DNA of 64,000 nucleotides from Selaginella moellendorffii (taxonomy: Eukaryota; Plantae; Lycopodiophyta). Shown piece by piece: positions 1 through 17,535 of this stretch. The notes below the pieces were generated by a model, which was not told the DNA's origin, ran no database searches, and saw nothing but the letters and a program-made list of their open reading frames with translations. A program made the position numbers and the translations under genes. Position 1 is the first letter of the stretch. Each line of letters opens with the position of its first letter. The stretch is from positions 538,774 to 602,773 of the forward strand of contig NW_003314264.1 of the NCBI RefSeq assembly GCF_000143415.4, read 5' to 3'.

Positions 1-122
1 AGCATATTTTAAGTATATTCACTCACTCTCTTTAAAAACCTTCTTAAGTAAGAGATTTGATTTAACCTATAGCTAAAACTTTAATACAGAACATTATTTT
101 AAAAGTAAAACATTTAGGGCTT

Positions 123-1729
<1,607 letters not shown>

Positions 1730-1931
1730 CTTTATCTGAAAACGACACCGTTATGATCTTTATAATTCTTGGTTCATGATTCTTGCCACTACAATCCAGA
1801 TTGCATAATGACATGAGCCAACTATGTTCTGTGGACTTCTTCAGCATTGGTGGACCCATCAGTAGAAGCATGCGGTCAAGTTAAGTCTTTTGACACGGCA
1901 ATGAAATGAGAAGCGGAGCTCGAGCAATGCA

Positions 1932-4195
<2,264 letters not shown>

Positions 4196-4348
4196 TTCCA
4201 TTCTGATTTTGGAGCTTGTGGCGCGTGTTGATATGTTCTACCACGACACGAAAGGTTTAGAGAGACCTTTGTTTAGAAACGCAAGAGTACCTTATTTGCT
4301 GTCTAGACTTTAACGTGAATAAAAGATATTTGTGGCTGTAAAAGACGG

Positions 4349-7300
4349 TCACAGCTGAAACACCCCGACTTGGTGGTTGCCGCGGCTGAGAATTACAATT
4401 CGGTCCGACTTCCAATGCAAGCGAAAGGACAAATCAATCGTCTCCTCGCTTTCGCTTTCTTCCTCCTGCAAAGCACAAGATAAGATTGACAAAAGCAACA
4501 AGGCGCGAAGATTACCACTTCCTCGACATTCTTCGATCCACTCAAATTTCCGATAATGCTAGTGCTGGATGATTTTGGGGAGAATCCTGGCGAGGGTGGT
4601 AAGAGAACTAGCTTTGTGCACTGGACGGGCACGGTGGAGCGGCTCAGTTTGTCCCACCAAGCAGCGCCAACCGACCACCATCGAAGTATCAATCCTTGAT
4701 GTGAGAAAGCTACAAGACCCTGGAGCATGCAAACGAGCGATTAGAGTTTTTTATCCAGCTCAAGCTAAAATACCTCGCCATCATTCGAGAAGCTCAGAGC
4801 GGTAATTCCTAGCGTCCGAGTGGAGCTTCTAGCACTGGGAGACAATGCTGGATGTCCGGGAGGTCCACTGGCATCAAGAACCTTCATTATACTCGCACTG
4901 ACAAAAGAAAGAAAAAACATTTAAAAAACATGCTAGAAAAGAAAAACATTACCTGTAAAGGTCATATACATGAATCCTAAGCGACCGGATGTCACCCACT
5001 GGATCACCAACTGCAAGTTTGCCAGCTGCTGATTGAGCAACCGGATGGTAAAGAGCAACCATAGGAAACGCTTGAGACATCTCCTTGATCACTTCCATGA
5101 TAATAGGAAAGTTGTGCCGTCTTTGCAGCGAATCCGCAGGATCCAATAGACGAACAGCCAGCGAAACAATCTGCTAGCACAGAATAGTCACGAGCTATAG
5201 CAAAAAAAAAAGATAAAGATAAAGAAAAACTGACCCGTCCAAGACACGCAATGACAGTCGACGGAGACGTACGTATAACTTGAACTAGCGACGTGAGTCC
5301 CAGTAAAACGCTCGAAGAAGATTTCGTCGATGCTACTCTTTCCAGAGCAATCAAGAAAGCGGGCATGTCCGCGAGCGCAAGAGCTGACAAGAGCGCTCGG
5401 TGGTGTTCCGTAGTAGCAATGTGACCACCATGATCCCCGTCACCGCCAATGCATTGGATGAGAAAGAGCACGTCCGAGGTGAGCTGGGACACTTCCTCTG
5501 ACTGTATAAGTGGCTGCCAAGTGCTCGCCATCCCAGCACACAAAACCTCCGCTGCTGTAGCGCTGTGCCTATCACTTGTTCGCACTAGCTTGAGCAGTAA
5601 GGGAGCGGTGGAGCTCGACAAGTCATGCCGCACCAAGGACTTGTGCCAGATTGCCAATGCTCCACACATGATGATTCTGCAAGCTCTACCATCCTGGTCC
5701 GAGCCACCTGTGAGGCCAAGCCATGTTTCCTGTCCTCCTGACGATTCTAGCCACTCGAGAAGATCATCGAACGAGGAGCCGTTATCATTCTGTAAAATGT
5801 CTGGCACCGCTGTGGATGCTGCAGAATGGAATAAGAGACGGGCAGCCAGTCGGACATGCTCAGCAGGATCTTGCCAGAAACATGCAAATATCTGCACGTG
5901 AAACTCAGTTTAGAAGATCACATGGACAACTTACCTCCAGACAAGCATCACCAAGTTTCTCAACAGCTCCAGCCGTGTAGAAAGCAGCTAGTGCACTGAC
6001 CAAACACTCGTATCAGAAGTTCAACCACAAGAAGAAAGTTATTACCTGCAAATCATAGAGCCGGGAGCTGAAAACGTGAGCAAGCGCTGAGCGAGCGACA
6101 CCATCGTCAAAGCTCGCATTGAGAACAAAACCGACGAGCGGCTCCAAAACTGCGGAAATAAAGTTAGTATGGCGATGAGCAACGTAATGCCAACCTTAGA
6201 AGCTGCTTCTTTCGTTGGAAGTATTAGTGTAACGCTCCCTCTGTTCCCAGCTATACCTGCAGCAACGCGATGGTGCCTCGGTTGGAATACTTGCAGCTCG
6301 TCTGCCACAGATTTGTCAAGCTCCTCATCAATTCCCCAAAAGTGAAGAACTGAAAGGCTCAGCTTCAAGAGCTTCTCGTCAACAGTGCTTAAAAGCGACG
6401 TCATGTCGAAGTGGATGGCCGCTATACCGGGAAACGGGCATCCTGCTCTGATAGCATGTTGCTTGCAGTGTGGATCCATACTACCTTGCACCTGGCTGCT
6501 TGTCATTTCTTGCGAAGCCATCGGACTATGTACATCGTCAAGAGGTAGAAGCAGCGAAGAAGCCGAAGTGAAGTCCCCATGCAGCTCGGTGGTACGCCTC
6601 TTCCGACTTGCAAAGTGCTTCAGCATCGACTGAGCAGCTGCTCCACGAAGAATACGCTCACGAGCACCGGAATGGATGTCCCATATGTACAAAACCAGCT
6701 GACCATCGCCGGCAGTGCACAGGACTGCAAGATAAGCTCTGAACTCGTCCCACACAACTTGTTGTATCACACCAGCATGCCCCGGAAATATCCTCTCGGT
6801 TCTCAAGCTCGTAAGTGACGACAATGCCACGGTCGAATCATCGGCCACGGAGACGAAGCACTCATCCCAAGGTGGCGAGGACTCTGGTGAAGGTAAAACA
6901 AACTGCCTTACAGGAGCAACGTGTGGATGAAGAACTGCTATCAAGCTCCTATTCCCTGCTTCTATATCCCATAAGCACACCGAGCCGTCCATACTTCCAG
7001 AAAGTAACACTTGCCTCAACTCGGACTGATGAACAGCAAGGCACTGGATCGATGGGCCGTTCTCACTCGCGTGTACTTCTTTCCTCCCAGGCTCCAGCTT
7101 TATAAGATCAAAGTCCCCGTTGGCGTATCCACACACGAAGATCGATGGAACTAGAGTCCCATAACTGGGAACAAGTAGCGAAGACGTGATGGTAATGCTG
7201 TTAGCAGTTTCCAAACCTTTCCAAAGCCGACCAGAGCTACCAAAGCTTGCTCTTCCTGTAGCAGCACCTTTCCAACTGGAAGTCCACACTGCTACACTGG

Positions 7301-8412
7301 CCTCCCGATTATAATCAATACGAACTATGATGTCACCGATAGAGCAGAAGGTGATCTTGCAGCCTGCACTTCCTTTGAGACCTGGCACGACACTAACGCG
7401 AGCGACAGAATTGCTTCCCTCCACGGAGTAAACGGTGGCTGATCCCTGTCCATCCCAAACTAGAAATTGATGTTTCTCGACGTCCCTCAGAAAGTATCCA
7501 CCGACCAAACACGTACCGTCTTCCCGATAGATCGACAAGTTTTCGAGTGATCTGAGCATCCATCCCAGTGGAGAAACCAAGAGCAAAAGTTTTCCGTCAT
7601 TGGACAGTGAGACTGCTTCAGCTGCTTCTACATGAAGATCTCCCTCTGCACCTTCCTGGCCAGACTTGTTCTTGGACCATACTTGAAAGTTGCCTTTTAA
7701 ATCCGCAACAGTAGCCTTAAACTCGTCCTGCTGTGCTACCACCACTAAGTCGTTGATTTCCCTCAGTCCAAGGAGCCCATGGTAGATGTTCTGCGTGACT
7801 CTGAGCGTGCTCGTGTCGACAACAAGGACGCCACCTTTTGCCTGCCCGGAGCTGCTAGAATGGTAACCAACGCAGATGTGTTTCGTCTCACCAGGAACAC
7901 GAGAAACTGATGTAGGCTGCGCAATCGATGGAGGCAACCGTCGCCTCCTTAAACATTTCCCAGTATCACTATCCCATACGCACATTCCCCGCTCGCTACA
8001 TACGCTAAGAACTCCACCTTGACTCTGGCTCTGGCTCCGGTCGCATGCCTGCAAGCCAACTATAGCAGCAGTATGCCCGCAAAGTAGCGCCAGTGGTAGC
8101 ACATCCTGCGAAGATATCCTTAGTTCATGCACCAAAAACAAAAACGAGAAAAGAAAGAGATGAAGATCCTCACCTCTGGAACAAAGTGCTCCCCACACTC
8201 ATCCTGCCAAGAGCCGAAAAGTCATGAGAGGAAAATTTGGATGCGAAGTTCCAGACCTTTGAGGATGAGCGTGAATCAAAGCTCCACAGAAAAATCTTGC
8301 CATCGGCAGCTCCAGTCCAGATTGTCGCAGGCTTGTCCAGAACAAGCGCCACTCGGACATCGTGCGCAAAGGTGTTGGATGCCCACAAGCCTTGCGAAAC
8401 TTCTAGCTTCAT
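4349..8412 (-). CDS. Large WD40-repeat protein, WDR7/rabconnectin-3beta-like
   Basis: N-terminus MKLEVSQGLWASNTFAH..IWTGAADGKIFLW; LLCGHTAAI, GKCLRRRRLP, LLSGSMDGSVCLWD, RIFPGH; last exon ..HQVGVFQL ends at TGA 4349-4351. Confidence 0.88.
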
Positions 8413-8433
8413 GGGAAATCTAGAAGGAACGTA

Positions 8434-8777
8434 TCAGTCGAACCATCCCTTTTGTCTATTACGCTCCAGGCGTTGTTCTCTCTGCCAAGAGCACCCAAAG
8501 TTTATAATGTTGATCGAGTGGAGATCGATGAAATCTAGAAAGAATATGTCTTACCTCTATCTTCTTGCACGATTTATAGACCTTGATCACGTCCTTGCAT
8601 CGATTCTTATCGGAATTCCTCTCCAGGCCTGGAAGAATCGTCATGACTTAGCTTGAATCGTTGATCACAGCACTTACACTTAAGACTAGCAGTGTACTGT
8701 GGATAACACATAGAATCCGCAATGCGCATCACGCCGGATCCCTCTTTGAGCTTCTGCGGGCCAGATCGCGACTCCAT
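8434..8777 (-). CDS. Twin CX9C (CHCH) mitochondrial protein, COX23/COX19 family, 73 aa, 3 exons (8777-8678, 8628-8555, 8481-8434)
   Basis: Manual splice with GT-AG introns gives MESRSGPQKLKEGSGVMRIADSMCYPQYTASLKCLERNSDKNRCKDVIKVYKSCKKIEREQRLERNRQKGWFD*, with two exact C-x9-C motifs. Confidence 0.88.
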
Positions 8778-8851
8778 TCCCTCCAAAGACCCTAATTTCC
8801 ACTCTAAAAATGTAGGGTTCTTAGTTCTAGAGTAAATTTCTAGCTAGAGCT

Positions 8852-10314
8852 ATGGAGGCTTGGGCTGCAGAGATCTTGGAGGCCGCCAACGATCCAGGCA
8901 CGGTGGAGTGGGTAAGATCGGTCCGGCGCTGCATTCACCGCAACCCGGAGCTGGGATTTGAGGAGCACCAGACGAGCGCCCTCATTCGCAGGGAGCTGGA
9001 TGGAATGGGGATTCCCTACCGGTGGCCAGTGGCCAAGACAGGAGTGGTGGCGACCATTGGGAGCGGCGATCGGCCGATTGTGGCGCTCAGGGCGGACATG
9101 GACGGTCTTCCGATCCAGGTACTGAAAGGAAGAACCAGATTTTTTAAGCATTGGCTCTTTGAGTAGGAGATGGTGGAGTGGGAGCACAAGAGCCAAGTGG
9201 ATGGGAAAATGCACGCTTGTGGACACGATGCTCACCTAGCCATGCTCCTTGGCGCTGCTAGGATTCTCTCGCGAAGGCGCCATCTTCTCAAAGTAAGCTC
9301 TCCTCGATCGAGTCTTTTCCTTTGTGCTTGAAAGTTTCGCTTGCGCAGGGAACGGTGCTTCTTCTCTTCCAGCCAGCTGAAGAAGGCAAAGCTGGCGCTC
9401 AAGTTATGGTCCAGGATGGAGCTCTTGGAGACGCCGAGGCCATCTTTGGCTTGCACGTAGCACCGGAAGCTCCGACGGGAATCATCGCGCTCCGGAGAGG
9501 ACCGTGCTTAGCCGGATCTCGCGCCTTCGAGGCCGAGATCAAGGGCCGAGGTGGTCATGCCGGTTGTCCAGATCACACTGCCGATCCCATCGTTGCGGCC
9601 TCGTTTGCGGTGATCAGCTTGCAGCCGCTCGTCTCTCGAGAAATGGATCCTCTTGGTAATCAGGTGAGCATCTCAACGCTTATTCGAGTGTTGTTTGTTT
9701 GTTTTTTTTTTCCTTTTCTTTTCTTTTTTCTTTTTTCTTTACATTTGCGAAGGTTGTTTCTGTGACTAGCATAAGTGGTGGGCATACCTTCAATGTCATT
9801 CCAGATTCTGTGACTCTCAAAGGCTCGTTCCGCTCCTTCTCCAAAGAAGGCATGGCTAAGCTTAAAGAGAGAATCCAGCAGGTTTGTGAGAAGCTTTTCT
9901 ACATACAAACAAGCTCTGAAACTTGCGTTTTAGATCATCGAGAGCCAGGCAGCTGTTCACAAATGCACCGCTCGCGTAGTCTTCGATGCAGACCGCCCGA
10001 TGTATCCAGCGACGATCAACGACGATAAATTGCACGACCACGCATCCTGGGTCGCAACGTCACTCTTTGGAAGCCACTGCGTACGCAACATCAAGCCGGT
10101 GATGGCTGCCGAAGACTTCTCGTTCTACTTGGAACGCATTCCAGGCATGTTTACTGGCCTGGGGATTCACAGCGAGGCAAAAGGAACTACTCATTTCGTC
10201 CACTCCGGTCTCTTCCGCATGGACGAAGACATGCTCCCCTGGGGAGTAGCGTTCCAAGCAGCCGTAGCCGAAGCATACATCAACGAGCTCCAGCCTCCTC
10301 TCGGACGGACGTAA
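8852..10314 (+). CDS. ILR1-like IAA-amino acid amidohydrolase (peptidase M20)
   Basis: [59 protein letters not shown] motifs across 5 exons. Confidence 0.95.
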
Positions 10315-10458
10315 ACAGCAACACAGCTGACAAATTCAAGGTACTATTTTTTCTTCTATGTTCTGCGTGGACGAACCACGTTTGGTTTTAAACAGGGCGC
10401 GAATAACCATGATAAGTTACGAGCACCAAGAACTCCGTGATCTAGAACCAAGTAAATA

Positions 10459-11384
10459 TCAGACATTTCCAAGCCAAGGCCCAGCGTTCGAGCTCTCGCA
10501 TCCTCTAGAGCTGACACACTCGCAGGAGCCGCCTAGAAACGATGGCAAGCTCTCCGCGTCGACGAGCTCCAGCAGCCTGGGAACGTAGTTGGTTCCGTGA
10601 ACTTCGATCTTCTTCTGGGTTTGGTTGTCGAGCCACGGTTTGACGATGCTCCAGAGCGCTTTGAAGTAAACCGGCGCGTTGACGATCACCATCTTTCCCA
10701 GGAACTCGGGGTAAAAGTCCTGGTCGATCCGGAGGATGGCTCTCACGAACTGGCGGACCTGTTTGCTTACGTGCTTTACCACCTGGAGGAGCGAGGCAAG
10801 AAAAAAGATGGAAACTTTTACAGCAAACGAGCCAAAAAAAAAAAAGAGGAACTTTACCACTCCTTTGAGGTCGAGAATCGCGAGTGATTGAGTGATCGCT
10901 CGGCCGGCGTCACGGGACGCAGCAGGGAGCCTGACATCCACGAAAATCTCCCACTCTTTGATGTGATCCAGCAGCATTCTCTCCATACTTGTCACTTTAA
11001 AGAGCTCTTCCAAGCGCAGCTTTCCCAGCCTTTCGATGTAGATTGGCCTTCCCAACTTGTCCACCTTGTGATAGAAACGCGGATAGAGCTCTTGCGTTGC
11101 ATCACGCTCTTGGAAATCAAACTCCTTTTTCCAAAGTTACTCGGAGGAGTAAGAACTTCGGGAAAGCTTTTGTAAAAGTTTACCTGTTTGATAGCGTCTG
11201 CTCGAACTTCTGCGCGCCATTGGAGCATGGCCTCGTACATGGCCTTTGCCTTCCACACATCAAACGATCTTGCCTTGAGAAATCTCACCAGGGTATCGAC
11301 GTCCCCTTGAATCTGGCGATCGCCCAAGAGCTTTTGCAGCCTCTCCAACGCCTCATTTTGGGACTCGTCCAGTGCGTCGACCAT
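10459..11384 (-). CDS. SEC14/CRAL-TRIO lipid-binding protein (5' end uncertain; may have upstream exons to ~11970)
   Basis: LVRFLKARSFDVWKA, YHKVDKLGRPIYIERLG, QDFYPEFLGKMVIVNAP, LPSFLGGSC. Confidence 0.9.
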
Positions 11385-13723
11385 TTCTTTCTCGTTTTTA
11401 CTCTTTCTGGCAAGATCCGAGCTGTTTGTCACGAAGAACTAGAGGATGCGATCAAATTCACGGACTTCACACACATAAAAAGTGAAAAGGTCGGACAAAG
11501 CAAGACTCTTTAACTTGCCTCGTCGCGAGATGGAGAATCTCTCCACCGAAAAGCCTGTTTAACAGCCTCTTGAGGCCGACTCATTGTCTGCTACTCGACG
11601 ACACTGTGACTTCCGATCGCCCGAAGCCACGAAAAAGCAAAAACAACTTGATCTGCTCACCGCAAAATACGATCGGAGCTCTTTTCCGAGACGAAGACAT
11701 GGCTCCAAACTTGGGCCTAGCAGCCAAGTATCATATGATATTCCGCAAAGTATATCCCTGCCTTTGGCGAGCGAAGACCAAGCTCTTACAAAATAAGAGA
11801 TTCCCGGTTCCTCTTCCTTGTCCGTAAAGTTTGCGGCACACATCCTACTAGAAGAACAAACAGGATATATAGGCTAGAAGAAAGATCGAGCGCATCAATC
11901 AATCAAACAAGAGAGACGAGAAAAAGAAGAGAACACCTCGAATCGAAACGTACTTGGTTGTTGCCATGCACACTCATCCAAGAATCTAAAGCTCCCGACT
12001 GTCAATCAATCGAGAAACATTGAAAAACTCGCGCGAGAACATGGTTGACGCAATGCAAACAAAGAGAGAAAAACTAAAGTTTCCACAAACCTGGCAGCGT
12101 CACAGCGCGTTCCCTCGAGCACAGGAGACCTAGGTGGAGTTTTAAATTCAAATTCAAAAAGAGAGACGTGCGCGCGCGCGGGACGCGGTCCATGAACCCT
12201 AGAAAGCCCCTTCCTCCTCGCTCCTTCCTTCCAATTCATGGAAGTAGGGCCGATCGAAAACGACCCCCTTTTCTTTTCGCGCGATTGTCATCTTGTTGTT
12301 TATTGTCCATGCGAGGATCTGACAGCCGTATGCCAAGTTGCCCCGGCCGAGAAGAAATGCATCCCATTTCTTCCTCTCCTCCAGAGGAAAAAGGAAAAGA
12401 AAGAAAGAACAGCGCGTCAGAGAAATGGGAGAGGAGAGGAAAGGGATTTGCCGATGCTGCTGCTGCCACAGGATCAATCAATCACAAGACCCCAGCAAGC
12501 AAAGAAGCAGCGCGCACTGCTGCGCGGGCGCAGAGAACAAAAAAGTTTTCCAGCAAGTTTTCCTTTACCCTCGAATGGGACGTGTTCATTCGTCGTGTCA
12601 TCATCAATTCAATCTTCCTTTTTCCCCTCTTTCTTGCTCGCCCAATTCGCACAAACAAATCGATCCATCTATCGCTCGCGAGTCGCGACAGTAAAATTCC
12701 AAGCTAACCCCCAGACAATGATTTTCTCGATCATTAAAATCCCTGATCCCATCGCCCCACCAAACTCTTGTGTGTGAGATCATCACACCTGGTTTCACTG
12801 TTGCTGCCCAAAATTTCCCATGAAGCTGATCCAGCCAGCAAAATTCTTCAGTTCCTCTCTGCCAAGATCAGCTCGATCGATCCATTCCATCGCTTCGATC
12901 GATGAGACCGCGCACCCCACCCCAGCCAGTTTTTTCTCTGATCAGATGCCTCAGACCGGGACAGCGACGCCTGGCCCAATTCGTAAAATCAGAGGAAAAA
13001 AAGATCGATCCATTCATGCGATTGCCATAAAAACTTTCCCCACTGCGCTGCTAACTCGATCTTTCTTTCACGAGAAATCAATCAATATGATACACACATG
13101 GGCGTCTCTGCCAGTACTGGCACAGCAAGAACAAACAAAGAGGAAAAAAAAAAACAACACCTCTATATATATGTATACGTAAGCATATCTGCCGCGCGGC
13201 ATGCCGCCCAGCCGGTATCAACACTGCACGGCATACCGCGCGGCACGATCGTCTGTGCGCCGCGCTGCCGCCGCCGCCCCCTTGGCTCGCGATTGCTCCG
13301 TGCCAAAGGGATTTATTTTCCTTGGCTGCCGCCTGGCCATGGCGATCGATCGTAGATCCTCCCCTTCTGTCACAAACCAATGTACACGCTTGTAGATCGA
13401 TCGGCCGCGCGCGCCAGCCAGCCAGCCAGCCAGCAGCAAACCATGAAATGAAAGAATTGCCCCCTTGCTGCTCGTTTCATTCGCTCCAAAATCTCTTCTC
13501 GCCCGATCGATCGCCTCGAGGAGCGGATGAAACGCGCAGCAGCAACCCTCGAAAGAAAAAAAAAAAAAAAGCCCCCCCAATCCTCTGTACGTATCGCTTC
13601 CTCCACCATCGCTTATTTTTTCCAGTGAGTTCCTCTGTTTTGGGAGAAAACAGAGCACTGTCGATCTCGGCTCCAATTCCTCCAATCCTGCCGGAAATTC
13701 CCCGAATCCCGCGAGAACCCACT

Positions 13724-15510
13724 TCACATCTGATCGATCACCGCCGCCAGTCTCTGCAATTCTGGCGACATCGGCCCAAAGCTCGCCAGATCCACAGCCG
13801 CCGTGTGCGCCGCCCAGGAGACCACTCCTTGATCAGCCGACGACGATGAGATCATCCCCTGCGACGCCTTGTGCGCGCTGCCGTGGCTGTCAGAGAACTC
13901 CTGCATCGCGCACGACACTGGCAGGAGCTCCGACACTGCTCCCAGTGATTGGCTCTCGCACGACCCATCCGAGCTCTCGAGCTTGTGCGAGTAATTCCAC
14001 AGCGGCTGCTGGGGATGAGACGATCTCGATGTGCTGCTCGTGCTGCTAGTGCTGCAAAGATTCTCCCAGCCATTCCCCCCTCGGTGATGATCCAGAGGAT
14101 GGTGGTGGTGGTGATTGAGCATGACCAGCGAATTGCGCATTAGACTCGCGGAATCCGTGTCGCCATAGAAGGAGGATTGCAAGTCGGACGATCCGCCCGT
14201 GAAATCCATGCCTGCCGATGGAATCGACGAGGAATTCAGGTGATTTCCCTGCTGCTGCTGCTGCTGCTGGAAGACCCAAAACACTGGATTGGTGCTGTAA
14301 TTGTTGCTGCTCGGGACCGGGAGGAGCGATGGGAAGCTAAACTCGGGCTTGGCACCACCGCCCAGCAGAGGATTTCTTCGCGGAATCGCGTCTCTCGAGG
14401 AGGGGGTGGAGAGGAACTTCTCGAGCAAATTGTCCGTGATGAGCTGCTGCTGCTGCTGCTGCTGCTTGATCAAGCTGGGAGAATTCGAATCCAAGGCCAT
14501 CTTCTGGAGCTTCGCCGCCACTGGATTGTCACCGCCGGCGCTCTCCAAGAACTTGCCCAAGAAGTTATCCGTGGTGAGCTTGTCCGGCTTGTTCGCGCTC
14601 GCGATCTCGTCCGAGGGATGCTTCTTGTGATCCACCGCTGCCACCTGCGCTTGATTCCTCGACGCGAACAAAATGTCCTCGAGAACCGCGGGATAGATCC
14701 GAGGCCTTTTGCTCGCCGGCTCCACCAATTGATGATCCAGCTGGTGCGTCTCGTGCGGAATCGTCGTGTTTGTGATCGTCGTGGCTGTGGAGTTTAGATT
14801 GGAGCTGGAGATTGAGGAGCTCTCGGGATTGATCGCGTGCTCCGACGCCTGGATCACTGGCTTGTGTGTGTTGGGATCTATGCCGGCCTGCCGGAGCTTC
14901 TTCTTGATGCAAGTGTTCCAGTAGTTTTTTATCTCGTTGTCTGTTCGTCCGGGGAGCTGAGTTGCGATTTGCGACCACCTGGAAAAGAACACACAAGAAA
15001 TTTCCATTGCTCGATCAGCCAACTTCTCAAAAGCTGCGGAATTCACGAGAATTCACGAGAATTCACCACTGAATTTTGCTCTCACCGGTTGCCCAAGGCC
15101 GAGTGTAAATCGATGATGAGTTTCTCCTCGTCCGCCGAGAAAATCCCTCGCTTCAAATCCGGACGGAGGTAGTTGATCCATCGCAATCGGCAGCTCTTGC
15201 CACATCTCTGCAATCCTGCGAGAAAAAGATCATATCATCACAATCGAGCAAAGAAGGTCCTACATTTGGGAAGGGAAACAAAGCAATACGAAGATCAAAA
15301 GAGAAGAAGACCACGACCTCCAATTCCAAATTCCAAAGAGGTGACACCAAGAAAAAACCAAGAACGCAGTGGATTACCTGCTTGTTTGGGCACTGTACTC
15401 CAGCATCCATGCCCGTATTTCGTGATGTAATGTACCAATTTCTCGTCCTCCTCGGGCGACCATAGCCCCTTCTTCAATTTTTGCTTCTGGCAGCAAGAAT
15501 GCCGACCCAT
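13724..15510 (-). CDS. R2R3-MYB transcription factor (MYB50/55/61/86-like), 3 exons
   Basis: [71 protein letters not shown]; polyQ/polyH C-terminal region. Confidence 0.95.
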
Positions 15511-16277
15511 GCCTCGTCCAGGGAGGAGGAATTCTGGGCCGCCAACTTGGATCGGCCGCGGCGAGCTAAATCTTGGGAAGAACCAGCGAAATCAAGGAGA
15601 ATTCATAGGCATTGACTAGAGAAGACTAGAAAAAAGAGAAAAAAAAATGGGAGCAAACTAGGAGGATTAGGGTTCTAGCGGAGTCTCGAGGAGAGGAAGG
15701 AAATGCTGCCCAATTTTCGTGTCACTGCGACGAAATCCCATCACTCATCAGTGCCACTGCTACCACTCCTCTTTTTACCCTCCTCCTCCTTTTCTGGATC
15801 ATAACGCACAATCCCGCGGCCTTCTTCCCTGCTCGCGCTCGCGCTGCTGTTATAATCTATCCACACTAGCTAGCAAATGCCGGAATTTCTTTCTTGCGGA
15901 GCAAGATTCGTCGATCCAGCCCGGAATGCCCGCAGATCCTCCTCTCCGCGGCCTGCTGTGACAATCTGACGCAAGAAAAGAATCGCCGAGAGTCATGGCC
16001 CCGGCGGCCTTGCGATCGATCGGCCGCGAGCGAGCGAGCGAGCAAGCGAGCGATGGAGGAGGAGATTGGGGATGAATGAGAGATTTGGAGTTATTCCTCC
16101 AGGAATTCAAGGACTCGCGCCAGCGGGGACACGAATTCGTCAGTAGGGCGTCAGGGATGCTACGCGCTGCCGATGCCGCTGGAATCGCCGAAAATACTCT
16201 TCCCTCTTTTCTTTTCTTTCTCTCTCGCCTCCTCTCTGGCTGCACAGAACCCCTGGTCCGCTATGACATGGCTGCGA

Positions 16278-17535
16278 CGCCGACGTGGCACGGGAAAAAC
16301 GCCGACGTGGATTGCCACCACCGACACCGCCTCGCCAGGTAAAAAATCACTTTGCCGCGCTTTTTAAACCCGCGCCAGCATATTCGCCGGCGCTGCTTCG
16401 TGGTGCCATCCTGGCCCTTGGATGCCACTTGGCGTTTGACCAAGCACTGGAGCCGGCCAGCAGGCCCGTTGACTTCGTCGAAAACCTAGTAAACCCGCAT
16501 CGCTTATGCTTTACAATGTTTTACGCGATTTCTTAATCACACATTTCTCGTGTAGATTGATTGGAATATGCGGCCTATCCCCAAGTAGTAGGCCGTGACC
16601 TCATTCATACACATGCCAATCTCTTTCGGAGTCATCCTTTTTCTTTCAAAACTTGCGAGCGAGCCAATCACGAAATGAGCGAACAAGACAAGGCATCAAA
16701 TCAGGCGTAGATACCACGCCCTTTAAAATTGGAATGGACTCTCATAAACGAGCGTTGATTAAACAAGCCCTTGTTCTGATCACCAAAGCTTCCAAGTCAA
16801 ACTTGGGGAATTTACAAAACCCAGGATCACGGAATCGATCAAATTCCAGCCTAGAGTTCAACACAATTCGAAGAACAAATGATCAGCACCGTCGTCATGT
16901 CCTCGTCACAAGGCGTCATCCGACGGTCGCTAGCATGCCACGACCTGCCGACGGCCACGATTGGCTCGGGTATCACGGAGGTCAGACAACACAGATTTAC
17001 GCCCAGCACGGACAAGCAAATAGAACATGTACCAGCATGAAAACGATGTAAACTCTAAGGCTAAAGAAGGAGAAAGCGAGATAGGGCACACCCGTGAGAT
17101 CATCGATCATCACAGGGAGATTTTCCAGTGTAGCCATAACTTATAGCACAACAAGAGCCAAAAGGCGCACAGTGTGATCGATCAAGAGATTAAAACTATA
17201 ACTATAGGATGGATGGATGTTCTCCAAATTCTTGTTCCATGTTTTTCCAAATCGCATTTAAGATGGGTGACGTACGTGAAAACAAATGCCAACGGGCTCC
17301 ATGAAAGATTTCCGGGACCACGAAGAGCTTTGTTCGCTGCTATAAAAATCCCTGGCATCTTTTTTCTCTCTATCGATTCATACACACACAAGGTTTCATA
17401 CGATACGAAACTTTCGGGAGAGGAGAGAAATTAAAAGACTCGTGCCCTAAAAACTTGCCACGTTGCAAGGCGTACAGCGTGGACTCTCCGCCGCATTGAT
17501 GGACGGGGCCCGCCAACGTGGCTGCCACGTGGTAT
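16278..17535. promoter_or_regulatory. Clusters of ACGTGG/CACGTG (ABRE/G-box-like) motifs upstream of the MYB gene
   Basis: CGACGTGGC ~16281, CGACGTGG ~16303, GCCACGTT ~17457, CAACGTGGCTGCCACGTGG ~17514-17532. Confidence 0.35.

Noticed and set aside
8459-8644. Track ORF MTILPGLERNSDK.. as the WDR7 first exon or a stand-alone peptide
   Set aside because: Its ATG lies in intron 1 of the COX23-like gene; the ORF is exon 2 of that gene plus intron sequence.
12006-13727. Numerous overlapping 60-180 aa ORFs
   Set aside because: Low-complexity, motif-free and mutually overlapping; typical of UTR/intergenic sequence.
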